Positions 9,384 to 19,525 of a stretch of 38,779 nt of DNA are shown here, one piece after another. Below the pieces are notes generated by a model, which ran no database searches, had not been told where the DNA came from, and worked only from the letters and a program-made list of their open reading frames with translations. The stretch spans positions 1 through 38,779 of the forward strand of contig JANOXY010000424.1 in the NCBI GenBank assembly GCA_031418675.1, given 5' to 3'. Made by a program: the position numbers and the translations under genes. Source of the DNA: Pseudomonadota bacterium. GTDB lineage: Bacteria; Pseudomonadota; Gammaproteobacteria; Ga0077536. The first letter of the stretch is position 1; the number at the start of each line of letters is the position of its first letter.

Positions 9384-10238
9384 TTAGGAGGATCTGCCTG
9401 CGACAGGCGGAGACCAACGATAAATTCGTGCCAGGCTGTCACCCATGAGTGCTGCGCGATCACTGGCCGAGAGCCAATCGCTGGCGCAAAACGCCGCTAC
9501 ACCTTGCTCGTAGCTCAGCAGGTCGACAGCTCGCGTCCAATCGGTACCCCACATGCAGCGTTCGAAGCCATAGGCCGCGAATATTTCGCCCAAGGGTGCG
9601 CGCAGATCTCGATAGGGAAAAGCTTCATGGGACAAGGTGCAGGCGCCCGAGATCTTGATCGCGACGTTGTCGAAACGCGCCAGTGCCACGACATCCTTGA
9701 GTGCGGCAAAGGGCATCGCGGGTACCGGTGGTGCAAAGGGTTGAGGTATACCCAGGTGGTCGAGTACCAATTGTGTGTGCGGAAAAGCCTGCGCCAGCTC
9801 GGCAAACAATTCGAGTTTGTTCCAGCACATGACATTGATCGGCATACCGAGGGCGGCGCCGCCCGTCAGGATGCGCGCCAGGCCGGCGTCCGTTGCCGCC
9901 GGTGTAGATTGATCCATGAGCATAATGCGCGCACCAACGGTGCCCGCTAAGCGGGCCCACTCCGTTAGCTCTTCGCCCACCGCAGGTGATGTCGGGTCAA
10001 ATGGTTTGATCAAACCGAAGCGGGTGGGATGGCGCGCATAAACCTCCAGCGCGTAACTGCCGTCGTAGCGATACATGGTCCACGGTGAAATGAGCAGGGC
10101 ACCATCCACCCCCACGGCATCCATGGCCGCAACCATGTCGTCACCGCTGACTTCGGCGGGACCATGTAAATGACCAGCCCACGGCCGGCCAGGATGATCC
10201 CGTTCGTAGGCGTGAACCTGAGCGTCAATGATCGACAT
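9384..10238 (-). CDS. Amidohydrolase-2 (TIM-barrel metal-dependent hydrolase) family protein
   Basis: 284 aa. N-terminal IIDAQVHAY metal-binding His motif, later VLDHLG and WGTDW motifs typical of PF04909. Confidence 0.75.
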   Translation of the reverse strand: MSIIDAQVHAYERDHPGRPWAGHLHGPAEVSGDDMVAAMDAVGVDGALLISPWTMYRYDGSYALEVYARHPTRFGLIKPFDPTSPAVGEELTEWARLAGTVGARIMLMDQSTPAATDAGLARILTGGAALGMPINVMCWNKLELFAELAQAFPHTQLVLDHLGIPQPFAPPVPAMPFAALKDVVALARFDNVAIKISGACTLSHEAFPYRDLRAPLGEIFAAYGFERCMWGTDWTRAVDLLSYEQGVAAFCASDWLSASDRAALMGDSLARIYRWSPPVAGRSS

Positions 10239-10274
10239 GAAGTTCCCCTGCCACTACGTGCAGCCGTGTGGTCG

Positions 10275-10829
10275 TCAGCGCTTGGGTGGTTGTAGTTGAT
10301 CGATGGAGTAGGTGCCGGCAGTGGCTTCCAGCTCGATGCGAAACACTTCCATGACCCGTGCCGCCAGACCGTAGAAGCTGGCGGCCAAGGTCAATTCGAC
10401 CAGCTGTCGTGCCGGCAGATGGTGTGCAAGGGCCTGAAACGTTGCATCCGAGACGCGCACTTCCAAGGTCAATTCGTCAGTAAACTGCAATACGTGCCGC
10501 TCTACTTCGTTGAACACTGCGGCCGTCCCGCCGGCGGCAATCGCGGCGATCTGTGCATCGGTGGCGCCGCACTGGCGGGCAATGGGTTCATGTTGTGTCC
10601 ACTCGTAACGAGCGCCGGTGAGATGGGCAACACGCAGTATCGCCAGCTCACGCAGTTTGGCGTCGAGCTCTTGCTCAGTGAGGATTGAAGCACCCAGTGA
10701 AAGGAAGGGAATGAAGTTGGCCTGGGCATGGGCCAGCATGCGCAGGATATTCAGTGGTGGCAATTGTGCGAGGCGCGTAGCGACCTGATCGGACAAGGCG
10801 TCGGTTTCGGGATAGGGAATGCGGGCCAC
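10275..10829 (-). CDS. Carboxymuconolactone decarboxylase (AhpD-like) family protein
   Basis: The CMD-like body (ELAILRVAHLTGARYEWTQHEPIARQCGA) starts at a GTG (VARIPYPE...). The longest ORF runs to 10955, but its first 42 codons are Arg-rich and non-protein-like. Start uncertain. Confidence 0.7.
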   Translation of the reverse strand: MARIPYPETDALSDQVATRLAQLPPLNILRMLAHAQANFIPFLSLGASILTEQELDAKLRELAILRVAHLTGARYEWTQHEPIARQCGATDAQIAAIAAGGTAAVFNEVERHVLQFTDELTLEVRVSDATFQALAHHLPARQLVELTLAASFYGLAARVMEVFRIELEATAGTYSIDQLQPPKR

Positions 10830-11029
10830 GGGCTGTCCTCTCTGATATTGGATGCTGCGCGTGCAGCGTGCGGACCTTAGCCTGCTGCGAAGACCAGCGT
10901 CAAACACCACAAGCGGCGTGCGCGAGCGTTTCCAGTGGCGGACGGCAAGCGCCACGCACAGGACTCGATTCCATACCCAGGGCCGGTTATGGTCGCCCTA
11001 CCTGAAAGCCCGAGTGGGGAGCACCGGCA

Positions 11030-12343
11030 ATGCAAGGTAGGCGCTTACTGATCGTGAGTATCATCTGGTTGGGATCTTTTTTCCTCGCCTTTGACCGCGT
11101 GAATATCTCGCTGGCAGCGCCGGGCATCATGGCGGAGCTTGGCTTTGACGGCATGCAGATGGGACTCATCCTGAGCGTCTATTACTGGGGCTATCTGCTC
11201 GGTAATTTTTCCGGTGGTTTGGTCAGCGACCGCATGCAGCTGCGTGGCCTGACCACCGTCATGATGATCGGCTGGTGCGTGCTCACTGCACTGACAGGAC
11301 TGTGTCACGCGCTATGGCAATTTGCGCTGGTGCGTCTGTTGTTCGGGCTCGCTGAAGGCGCGACCGCGAATCTCATGCACAAGCTGCAGAACAACTGGCT
11401 GCTACCCAAAGAACGGGGCCGCGGCTACGGCATTTTTATCGGCTTCGTTTATCTTGGCATTGCGTTTGGCATGCCACTGGTGGGATGGCTGATAAAACAA
11501 TGGGACTGGCGGGTCATGTTTTTTGTCTCTGCCATCCTGACCATCGCTGTAGCCGCGCTGTTCTGGCTGGTGATCCGCGATCGGCCCGAGCAACACCCGT
11601 GGTTAGCGACACAACAACAGCAGGCATTTGCTGCAACCATCGCCGCCGATCGGCTCGCGCTGGAAAAACAAAACGCTGGCCACGCAGCACAGTCCAGTCG
11701 TGCACGGGTGATGTCGCTGCTGCGCATCCCGGCATTTATGAGTCTGTGCTTAGCTGCGTTTTTCATCATCGCCGTGTACTTCACCAATATGAGCTGGTTA
11801 CCGGGCTTTCTGGTCAAGGAACGGGGTTATACGGTTTTGAACAGCGGTATTTATCTGACGCTGCCCTATCTGGCGGCGTTTGCAGGCATGTGGTCGGCCG
11901 GGGGTATCGGCGACCGCTTCGGCAATCGCGCGCTGGTGACCTTGGTCATGGCGCTGGCAACTTGTCCAGCCATCATCGCGGTGGGCTACGACCACGAGGT
12001 CGATACCACGATCGCCCTGATGAGCTTGATGCTGTTTCTCAATTCGGCAGCCTTGAACGGCATCATGGTGCTGCTGTTCGATCTGATCCCGGCAGCGTCG
12101 TTTGGCACGAGCGTTGGTATCGTTGGTGGTTTGTGCGGTGGCTTGGGCGGTGTGGTCGGTCCCTTACTGCTGGGGTATCTCTATGATCTCAGCGGCTCGT
12201 TTCAGTGGGGATTTGTGGCCCTGGCCCTAGCCACGGTGTTAGGCGCGGCGGCGATGTTGCCGGTAGTCGCTTACGAAAAAAAGATCAGAGGCGAAAAAGC
12301 AGCGCTGGCGGGTGCGCAAGCGCACCCATCGTTCAACCGGTAG
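11030..12343 (+). CDS. MFS transporter
   Basis: 437 aa, about 12 predicted TM helices. MFS loop motif GGLVSDRMQLRG between TM2 and TM3. Confidence 0.85.
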   Translation: MQGRRLLIVSIIWLGSFFLAFDRVNISLAAPGIMAELGFDGMQMGLILSVYYWGYLLGNFSGGLVSDRMQLRGLTTVMMIGWCVLTALTGLCHALWQFALVRLLFGLAEGATANLMHKLQNNWLLPKERGRGYGIFIGFVYLGIAFGMPLVGWLIKQWDWRVMFFVSAILTIAVAALFWLVIRDRPEQHPWLATQQQQAFAATIAADRLALEKQNAGHAAQSSRARVMSLLRIPAFMSLCLAAFFIIAVYFTNMSWLPGFLVKERGYTVLNSGIYLTLPYLAAFAGMWSAGGIGDRFGNRALVTLVMALATCPAIIAVGYDHEVDTTIALMSLMLFLNSAALNGIMVLLFDLIPAASFGTSVGIVGGLCGGLGGVVGPLLLGYLYDLSGSFQWGFVALALATVLGAAAMLPVVAYEKKIRGEKAALAGAQAHPSFNR

Positions 12344-13514
12344 CCAACTCCAAACCACGCTTACGGTAATGCAGCGCGGCGTTTGCATCGCCGGCACCCT
12401 CGGCAACCTCGGCCAGGAGCCGGAAAAACAACGGCAAGGGATGGTCAGCGATCAGCAACTCAAGCTGAGTGCGGGCCGGGCCCCACAACTTAGCGCGGAT
12501 GGCTAAACGTGCACGGGCAAGTCGCAAACCGGGATCGGTGTCGTGTTTCGCCGCCCATTGCTCGACCTTGCGCAACTGTCGGGCGGCCGGCTGGCAGTCG
12601 ATTTCACCGTACAGCGCGGCGAGGTCGCTGTGCCAGGTGCGATCGAGCTGACGGGCGAGCAAGCGTTCCGCGTCATCGTCACGACTGACTCGGCATAACG
12701 CCTGCACATAGGCCGCCAGTACCTGGGGGGTCGCACGCAGAGATTTGGATAATCCCTCCCATAGGGCCGTCAGCCCCTCATCGGGCAAACCATCGCTACG
12801 CAGCACGGCCACCGCGCAATCGCGTTCCAGTACGTTAGCCTCGTCGTGGCTCATGACCCGATCGCGACGCAAGGCCGGGATCAATTGCAGCATGCCGACC
12901 ATGTCGTGGCGTCGTTCGAGCAGGCGCAAACGCAAACGCAGCAACGACGGGCTCACCACCTGAGTTGCGCTCAGCGTATCGATCAAGGCGGCCGCTTCGT
13001 CGATGTGATCCTGATCGAGCAACCATGCGGCCCGTTGCATTTCGAGTGCCGGTACGGCGTCCGGTTTCAGATCGCGGGCGAGACGCAGATAGTTATCGCG
13101 ACGACCGTTGGCATGCATAGCCTGGGCCGCCTCGGCGGCGGCCAGATAGTGCGCTTCGGGTTGCGCATTGTCGTCGGCACCAAGACTGAACAAACGCTCG
13201 GCCCGTGCGTGGTCGCCAGCCGCGCGGGCGAGCAGACCATCGGCCAGTGAGCGGTAGGCGCGACGTCGACGATAGTCACCAGACCAGCGCCCTAAGCGTC
13301 CGCGCAAAGCCAATAGGTGGGCAAGCGCACGCATAACCACATACAGCACTAACATCGCCGCCACGACCACGATCACAAAAAACGCAAACGTGGTACGCAA
13401 AACCTTACCGCCGATTCCGATAACGATAAAACCGGGATCGATTGCGATGAAATGACCAACAGCCACCGCCGCCACCAGGGCCAGGAGCGCGATGAGAACA
13501 ATCCGAACTATCAC
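12333..13514 (-). CDS. hemY: Heme biosynthesis-associated TPR membrane protein HemY
   Basis: 393 aa. Two N-terminal TM helices then TPR-like repeats. GTG start overlaps the hemX stop (GTGA). Position after hemX is as in the hemCDXY operon. Confidence 0.85.
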   Translation of the reverse strand: MIVRIVLIALLALVAAVAVGHFIAIDPGFIVIGIGGKVLRTTFAFFVIVVVAAMLVLYVVMRALAHLLALRGRLGRWSGDYRRRRAYRSLADGLLARAAGDHARAERLFSLGADDNAQPEAHYLAAAEAAQAMHANGRRDNYLRLARDLKPDAVPALEMQRAAWLLDQDHIDEAAALIDTLSATQVVSPSLLRLRLRLLERRHDMVGMLQLIPALRRDRVMSHDEANVLERDCAVAVLRSDGLPDEGLTALWEGLSKSLRATPQVLAAYVQALCRVSRDDDAERLLARQLDRTWHSDLAALYGEIDCQPAARQLRKVEQWAAKHDTDPGLRLARARLAIRAKLWGPARTQLELLIADHPLPLFFRLLAEVAEGAGDANAALHYRKRGLELATG

Positions 13515-14638
13515 GGCTGGGCAGGCAGCTCGGGGAGCGGTTGTGGAGACAGTGGCGACAAGGGCGAAAGGGGCGGCGGCGGCGGTGACAGCGGCGGTGC
13601 AGCCAGCGCTGCGCGCGCCGTACGGACCGCATCCAGACTCCCGCTGATATCGGGCAAGGCCGGCGCAAGCTCAACGCTGCGTGCGTCCTTCAGCATTTCG
13701 CTCAAAGATTTCACCGCCGCGTCCTGCGGATCAAAATACCGCTCCAGCGCTTGCTGCACGATTTCTATCGCGACCCGATAGTTGGTGGTATCCCTTTGCA
13801 GAAGCGACAGTCGCGCACTGGACAGTTCGAGTTTCAGATTCTGTTCGAGAACAGCGCGCAGCTTGGGATCGAACAGCACGCCGTCAGGTAATTGTTCGTC
13901 TTCAATCTCAACCAGGCTCAAGATATCGTCCCACATCGCGCGCAGAGCGCCGCGCCAGGTGTGCGACGAGACCGGCGCCTGGCGGGAATGGCTGAAGGAG
14001 GTATCAACCTCGGCGATAGGCTTGGTATGCAGGTGCTCAAGCTTGCGGATCTGGGCGGCAAACTTCAACGACAAGCCTTCGATATCCGGTACCGGCACTG
14101 CCGCCAAGGCTTGCAGATCCAAGGCCAGCTTTTCGCGCACGGCCGTAACAGTGGGGTGATCGAGACTGCGCAAACGCTGGTCGGCGGCCAACAACGCTGC
14201 TTGCGCGGTCATCACGTCGTGCTCCAGTGCCAGGCGTTGCGTAGCCGCAAGTATCAGGTACTCACATTCAGCCAAGCCCCAGTCCGGTGACTTGTCGCCG
14301 TCTTGTGCCACCGCGGTTTGCAGCGCGCGTTCCAAGTCGGTGGTCGTGCGACGTAATTCGTCGACACCCGTCACGACCGCGCTCTGTGCGCTTTCGAGTT
14401 TTTGCAGACGTTGGTCGGCGTCGGCCAGCCGTCGTTGCATAGCGTCGCGCGCGGCATTGGCTTCTTCGAGTTGTGCGCGCAAGGCTGCGGAGTCCGGTGC
14501 GGCGACAAAGCGTGTCCAGTAATAGCCCGCGCTGGCCACGACCAGGACTAAGACCAGGGCCAACAGCCCAAGCAGGCTACTACGACGCGCTGGCACCCGT
14601 GTCGGCGGCAGGCTGGCCGGCTGTTCACTTGCGCTCAT
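13511..14638 (-). CDS. hemX: HemX (uroporphyrinogen-III C-methyltransferase-like membrane protein)
   Basis: 375 aa. One TM helix, coiled-coil region, Pro-rich C-terminus. ATG overlaps the hemD stop (ATGA). Confidence 0.8.
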   Translation of the reverse strand: MSASEQPASLPPTRVPARRSSLLGLLALVLVLVVASAGYYWTRFVAAPDSAALRAQLEEANAARDAMQRRLADADQRLQKLESAQSAVVTGVDELRRTTTDLERALQTAVAQDGDKSPDWGLAECEYLILAATQRLALEHDVMTAQAALLAADQRLRSLDHPTVTAVREKLALDLQALAAVPVPDIEGLSLKFAAQIRKLEHLHTKPIAEVDTSFSHSRQAPVSSHTWRGALRAMWDDILSLVEIEDEQLPDGVLFDPKLRAVLEQNLKLELSSARLSLLQRDTTNYRVAIEIVQQALERYFDPQDAAVKSLSEMLKDARSVELAPALPDISGSLDAVRTARAALAAPPLSPPPPPLSPLSPLSPQPLPELPAQP

Positions 14639-15429
14639 GCTGCGTCGTTGGCCCAGTGGATAAGTCGTTTCAGGATACTGTCGTCCGAAGGATTCTCGAC
14701 CACCAGTGGATGGTGAGTGAACCCACGGGCTTCAACTTCCTGACCGACGCGCGCACCGACCACCAACATCTGCATGTCGAATAAATGATCAATACCTTCG
14801 GCTTCGATCTTCTCGATCAGGTTGTCGAGTACCTCGATACTGGTTGCAAGGCCGATGTCCGGCACCTTGACACCTTGTTTTTTCAAAGCACTGCCCAGCA
14901 CCAGGGCCGGTTTGCTGCGCTCGTAGCACTCGCAGTATTCCACTGCGGCGTCGCGCCGCATGAGCGTCTTGGCCAGATATTCGCGACCACCAACACCGCG
15001 GAAGATTACGATGCGTTTGTGTTTGATCTTCCCCTCCGCAAGGCCATCCAGTCGCAGCAGACCTTCGGAACTGAACTCGCTCGCCGGGGTAATGACATTC
15101 TTCACACCCAAGGATTTCAGACAACTCGCGGTACCCAGCCCCACCGCGAAAACGGTCATGCCATGCAACGATCGATCTTCTTCCTTGAGCAGGGCCACGC
15201 CGAATTCAGCGGCGTTACGGCTGACGAAGATAACGATGTCGAAGTTAGGCAGATCACGTGCCACCGCCCCGGCGGCCGAACCATCGTGCAAGCCATTGAT
15301 GACGATCATCGGCGCGCGAATGGCCACACCACCAGCACCTTCGATGGCGCGCGCCAGGCCCTCTGCCTGGGGACTCGGACGCGTTACCAACACCGAGACT
15401 CCGTCCAATGCGCGGTCTGTTGTCTGCAT
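14635..15429 (-). CDS. hemD: Uroporphyrinogen-III synthase
   Basis: Start taken at MQTTDRALDGVSVLVTRPSPQAEGLA (HemD-like N-terminus), 7 nt after the hemC stop. The longer ORF to 15666 would overlap hemC. Confidence 0.85.
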   Translation of the reverse strand: MQTTDRALDGVSVLVTRPSPQAEGLARAIEGAGGVAIRAPMIVINGLHDGSAAGAVARDLPNFDIVIFVSRNAAEFGVALLKEEDRSLHGMTVFAVGLGTASCLKSLGVKNVITPASEFSSEGLLRLDGLAEGKIKHKRIVIFRGVGGREYLAKTLMRRDAAVEYCECYERSKPALVLGSALKKQGVKVPDIGLATSIEVLDNLIEKIEAEGIDHLFDMQMLVVGARVGQEVEARGFTHHPLVVENPSDDSILKRLIHWANDAA

Positions 15430-15436
15430 CTGATTT

Positions 15437-16399
15437 CTACTTCTGTTCGTGCAACTGGCGCAGGATGCGATCCGCTCCTGCATCGAGCAAGGCTTGACCC
15501 AACGCATCTCCGATGTGTTCGGCATCGGCCGTCGGGCCGCTGGCAGTTTGCCGCACGATGTCATCGCCGTCGACCGCGGCAACCAGACCGCGCAGCCACA
15601 GGTGCGCACCGTCGATTTGCGCATAACCCGCCACGGGTACCGTGCAACTACCACCCAGCCGTGCATTCATGGCGCGTTCGGCGCGCACACAATGGGCTGT
15701 GTGTGCGTCATGCAGTGGGGCTATCAGCGTTTCGATCGCCTCATCGTGGCGGCGACATTCGATCCCGATAGCGCCCTGTCCAACTGCCGGCAACATGTTT
15801 TCGACGCTCAGGGTATGGGCGTTGTGGGTGAACAGACCAAGGCGCTTCAGGCCCGCCGCTGCCAGCACGATCGCGTCGTAATCACCGCCTTCAAGCCGGC
15901 CCAGACGCGTCGGTACGTTGCCACGCAAATCGAGTAATTCAAGATCCGGTCGCAATGCCAGCAGCTGGCTGCGTCGGCGCAGACTCGAGGTGCCGACCTT
16001 GGCGCCCTGCGGCAACTCACTCAAGACCCCGCCGGATTTACTCACCAGCACATCGCGCGCGTCTTCTCGCGTGAGGATGACAGCGATGTGTAAATCGGGC
16101 GGCAATTCCCATGGCACATCCTTCATGGAATGCACTGCGATATCGGCCTGCCCGGCAAGCAGGGCTTGCTCGAGTTCTTTGATGAATAAACCCTTGCCCC
16201 CAATCGCCGCGAGCGGCCGGTCAAGAATTCGGTCGCCGCTGGTGGTGATCGGCAGTAACTCGGTAGAAACACCTGGCCAGGCGGCTTCGATCTGCGCGGC
16301 GACGTGGCGGCTCTGCCAAAGCGCCAACGCGCTGGCGCGCGTCGCGATACGCACATGGGAATGGGCGGGACGCTGGCTGGCGGTAAGGGAGGTGACCAA
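15437..16399 (-). CDS. hemC: Porphobilinogen deaminase (hydroxymethylbilane synthase)
   Basis: VRIATRASALALWQSRHV, GGKGLFIKELE and C-terminal dipyrromethane Cys region GGSCTVP. The longest start is a TTG; a GTG 15 codons in is also possible. Confidence 0.9.
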   Translation of the reverse strand: MVTSLTASQRPAHSHVRIATRASALALWQSRHVAAQIEAAWPGVSTELLPITTSGDRILDRPLAAIGGKGLFIKELEQALLAGQADIAVHSMKDVPWELPPDLHIAVILTREDARDVLVSKSGGVLSELPQGAKVGTSSLRRRSQLLALRPDLELLDLRGNVPTRLGRLEGGDYDAIVLAAAGLKRLGLFTHNAHTLSVENMLPAVGQGAIGIECRRHDEAIETLIAPLHDAHTAHCVRAERAMNARLGGSCTVPVAGYAQIDGAHLWLRGLVAAVDGDDIVRQTASGPTADAEHIGDALGQALLDAGADRILRQLHEQK

Positions 16400-16584
16400 G
16401 GCTGGACTCAGCGGTGTGCGAATGGCGGCAATCCTAACCAGCGCTTCGCTGAAAAACTACTATGCATGGGCGCCAACGCGCACACGGCCACAGCATGTCG
16501 CCGCTATCGAACGGGGCAGCAACGGCTGGTGTGGAGGGTTGTGTTAAGGTGTCGCGGTTCAATTCAAGCTCAGAGGGTGCGCGC

Positions 16585-17550
16585 ATGTCCCGGCGTTTAG
16601 GCGTCATCATGGATCCCATCGCTGGGATCAAACCCAAAAAAGACACCACACTCGCACTGCTGCTCGCGGCTGCACGGCATGGCTTCGAGCTGTGTTACAT
16701 GGAGATGTCTGATTTGAGCCTGCGCGATGGTCGCGTCTGCGCGCGTACGCGACCACTGACCGTACACCAAGACCTCGAGCACTGGTTCGACTTCGAGGGG
16801 CCGCAACTGACCGTCGCCGAGCCACTGGCGAATTTCGACTGCATCCTGATGCGCAAAGACCCACCCTTCGACATGGAGTATGTGTTTGCGACCTACATGC
16901 TCGAACGGGCTCAGGCCGAAGGCGTGCTGGTGGTCAACGATCCGCGTTCCATCCGCGATGCCAGCGAGAAACTCTTCACCGCCTGGTTTGCCGACGTCTG
17001 TCCACCCACGCTGGTCACGCGCAATATGGATGAACTGCGCGCCTTTGCACGCGAGCACCACGACATCGTCGTGAAGCCGCTGGACGGGATGGGCGGTGCG
17101 TCCGTGTTCCGCGTGCGGCCCGATGATGGCAATGCCAGCGTAATCTTCGAAACCATCACCGAGCTTGAGCAGCGTTATTGCATGGCGCAGCGCTATCTGC
17201 CGGCCATCCTCGAAGGCGACAAGCGCATCCTGGTGGTCGACGGCGAGCCGCTGCCCTACGCACTGGCACGCATTCCGGCCAGCGGCGAATTGCGCGGCAA
17301 TCTCGCCGCCGGTGGCCGTGGTGTGCCACAACCCTTGAGCGCTTCCGATCGCGCTATCGCTGAGCGGGTCGCGCCGGAATTAAAAAAACGCGGCTTGATC
17401 TTTGTTGGCCTCGATGTGATCGGTGACCGCCTGACTGAAATCAATGTCACCAGTCCAACCTGCGCGCGCGAGATAGAAGCGCAGTACGATATTGATATCG
17501 GTGGGCTGTTGATGCGGGCGATTGAGGCGCGACTGACGGCCCGCGCCTGA
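16585..17550 (+). CDS. gshB: Glutathione synthetase
   Basis: Start at MSRRLGVIMDPIAGIKPKKDTT (typical GshB N-terminus). ATP-grasp body of 321 aa. Confidence 0.9.
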   Translation: MSRRLGVIMDPIAGIKPKKDTTLALLLAAARHGFELCYMEMSDLSLRDGRVCARTRPLTVHQDLEHWFDFEGPQLTVAEPLANFDCILMRKDPPFDMEYVFATYMLERAQAEGVLVVNDPRSIRDASEKLFTAWFADVCPPTLVTRNMDELRAFAREHHDIVVKPLDGMGGASVFRVRPDDGNASVIFETITELEQRYCMAQRYLPAILEGDKRILVVDGEPLPYALARIPASGELRGNLAAGGRGVPQPLSASDRAIAERVAPELKKRGLIFVGLDVIGDRLTEINVTSPTCAREIEAQYDIDIGGLLMRAIEARLTARA

Positions 17551-17592
17551 GCCCTGCCCTCAGCGGCACCGCCGACGCGTGGCCGAGTTGAC

Positions 17593-18474
17593 ATGAACGT
17601 GACGCTACTCGAGCACCACTCGCCCATCGACCGCCGTCTGGTGCTGGCCGTGGTCATCGCTATGGTCATGCATGGCATGGTGGTGCTGGGCGTGCGGCTG
17701 CCGGTTGAAGCACCGATCAAATCACGCTTCGCGGCGATGGAAGTGGTGTTAGTCCCGGCCAGTCCTGCAGCATCGCGTGCGGAGTCCGAACGCAAGGCTG
17801 TCGACGCGCGCTCGACAACCGTGGTCCAGGCGGAACCACCGCTGTTGACGGCACCGCCGGTGGAGAGACCGCCGCTCAAGGCCGCCACCGTAGCAGCACC
17901 CAAACCGGCGCCGATTAATCGCGCGCCGGTCAAATCCGCAACGCCAAAATTTACTCCACCGGCGATTCCCGCGGCACCCGCTGAAGCAAAGGTGGCGCCG
18001 ACAAGCGCGCCGCCACCTGCCGAACCCTTGCTGCCCAACGCCGCACAGTTGATCGAGCGCTCCATGGCCATCGCTGCCACCGGTGCCGGGCTCATCGAAG
18101 AAAAAACCGTCAGCGGCCAGTTGCTCGCTGAGCGCACGCACCACATCAAAACCAATACCCGCGACTTTGCGGAGATTACCTACAAGGCGGAAGTGCGCGA
18201 CCGCATCAAACGTTTCGGCGGTTTGTTTCAGCGCCCGGTACCTGCCGGGACCGTGACGGTCAGCATAAGCATCGGTGTCGACGGCAGTCTGATCGATGCC
18301 CACGTGATCAAGTCATCACACGTTGCGGCCACCGACGAAGAAGTGCTGCGCATCGTGCATCTCGCTGCACCCTTTGGGCCCATCTGGCCCGAGCGCGCGC
18401 GGATCTCCGACGCGGTTCGCCTCGATCAGCCGATCACCATCGAACAGGACGGTGGCTTCAGCCATGGTCAGTAG
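17593..18474 (+). CDS. TonB-family energy transducer-like protein (paralog 1)
   Basis: N-terminal TM anchor LVLAVVIAMVMHGMVVLGV with conserved His, Pro/Ala-rich spacer, C-terminal TonB-like domain. Confidence 0.7.
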   Translation: MNVTLLEHHSPIDRRLVLAVVIAMVMHGMVVLGVRLPVEAPIKSRFAAMEVVLVPASPAASRAESERKAVDARSTTVVQAEPPLLTAPPVERPPLKAATVAAPKPAPINRAPVKSATPKFTPPAIPAAPAEAKVAPTSAPPPAEPLLPNAAQLIERSMAIAATGAGLIEEKTVSGQLLAERTHHIKTNTRDFAEITYKAEVRDRIKRFGGLFQRPVPAGTVTVSISIGVDGSLIDAHVIKSSHVAATDEEVLRIVHLAAPFGPIWPERARISDAVRLDQPITIEQDGGFSHGQ

Positions 18475-19468
18475 CGCTCGCGTCATGCGTCAGGCCACGC
18501 GCAAAGCCGGTATTGGCAGCGACGATCGACTGGCGCTCACGGTGGTGGTGGCCATCGTCTTACACGCCATGGTGGTGTTGGGTGTGAGCTTCGCACCTGA
18601 GCCCCATGCGCCGTCGCGCTTTGAATCCATGGAAGTGATCCTGGTGGCGGAGCGCTCACAGCAGGCAGTCAAGGACGCCAAGCTGCTGGCCCAGGCCAAT
18701 CTGGTCGGCGGTGGCGACACCCCCGACGATGTGCGTCCCAGCGCACCGGTCAAAGCACCGTTGCCCGCACCCATCGCCGTGATTGCGAATACCCCGCCGC
18801 CCATGGCGCGGACCCAAGCCTCACCGCCGATCGAACAGCCGGCACCGGCCCACAATCGCGATGGCCGCGCGGCGTTCAAAGAGCGGCTCACGCGCGTTGC
18901 TGAGCGCGGCGAACTACCGCTGGCGGCGCTCAGCCGCACCCGCCCCACGCACGTTAGGCCCGATGCGCCGCCCGAGCTGCAACCCGAGCCCCAGCCACAG
19001 CAGGACCAGCAAACCCTGCCACCGGGCGCACAACAACTGGTGCATTCTTTTGCCCTCGCCAACCTCGCAGCCGAGCTGCAGGAAAAACTCGAGAGTCATG
19101 CCAAGCAGCCGCGTCGTAAATATATCTCCGCCGCGACCAAGGAGTACCGCTACGCGGCTTATATGGAAGGTTTCCGCGCCAAAGTCGAACGGGTCGGCAA
19201 TCTCAATTATCCCGAGGAGGCACGCCGGCGCCAGATCTATGGCGAGGTCATGCTCGACGTTGCGCTGAATAGGGCCGGGAACGTCGTAGCCGTTAATGTG
19301 CGGCGTTCGTCGGGTAAAACCGTGTTGGATGACGCCGCCATTCGTATCGTTGGGCTGGCCGCACCCTATGATCCTTTACCGGTAGAGATCCGTAAGGAAG
19401 TCGACGAGTTGCACATCACACGGATCTGGAAGTTCGACAAACGCGGCGAAATCGCCGCCTCACGTTGA
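18464..19468 (+). CDS. TonB-family energy transducer-like protein (paralog 2)
   Basis: ATG 18464 overlaps the upstream stop by 11 nt (alternative ATG 18485). TM anchor LALTVVVAIVLHAMVVLGV, Pro-rich spacer, C-terminal YPEEARRRQIYGEVMLDVALNRAGNVV TonB_C-like domain. Confidence 0.75.
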   Translation: MVSSARVMRQATRKAGIGSDDRLALTVVVAIVLHAMVVLGVSFAPEPHAPSRFESMEVILVAERSQQAVKDAKLLAQANLVGGGDTPDDVRPSAPVKAPLPAPIAVIANTPPPMARTQASPPIEQPAPAHNRDGRAAFKERLTRVAERGELPLAALSRTRPTHVRPDAPPELQPEPQPQQDQQTLPPGAQQLVHSFALANLAAELQEKLESHAKQPRRKYISAATKEYRYAAYMEGFRAKVERVGNLNYPEEARRRQIYGEVMLDVALNRAGNVVAVNVRRSSGKTVLDDAAIRIVGLAAPYDPLPVEIRKEVDELHITRIWKFDKRGEIAASR

Positions 19469-19525
19469 GCGCTGCGGGCGCCAGTGTGCTTGTCAGCGCG
19501 ATTCGCGGCGGGAATACTGCAAACC

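Noticed and set aside
10830-10955. N-terminal extension of the CMD-family ORF. Comparable extensions occur on ORFs 15430-15666, 16462-16584, 18323-18463, 23326-23421 and 27555-27866.
   Set aside because: The extensions are Arg-rich or overlap the neighbouring gene. Family-typical N-termini with plausible starts and RBS occur further downstream.
13520-13600. Pro-rich LSP-like repeat at the HemX C-terminus, considered as a possible contingency microsatellite.
   Set aside because: The DNA is not a perfect tandem repeat. It is low-complexity Pro-rich coding sequence, the kind of linker periplasmic proteins often carry.
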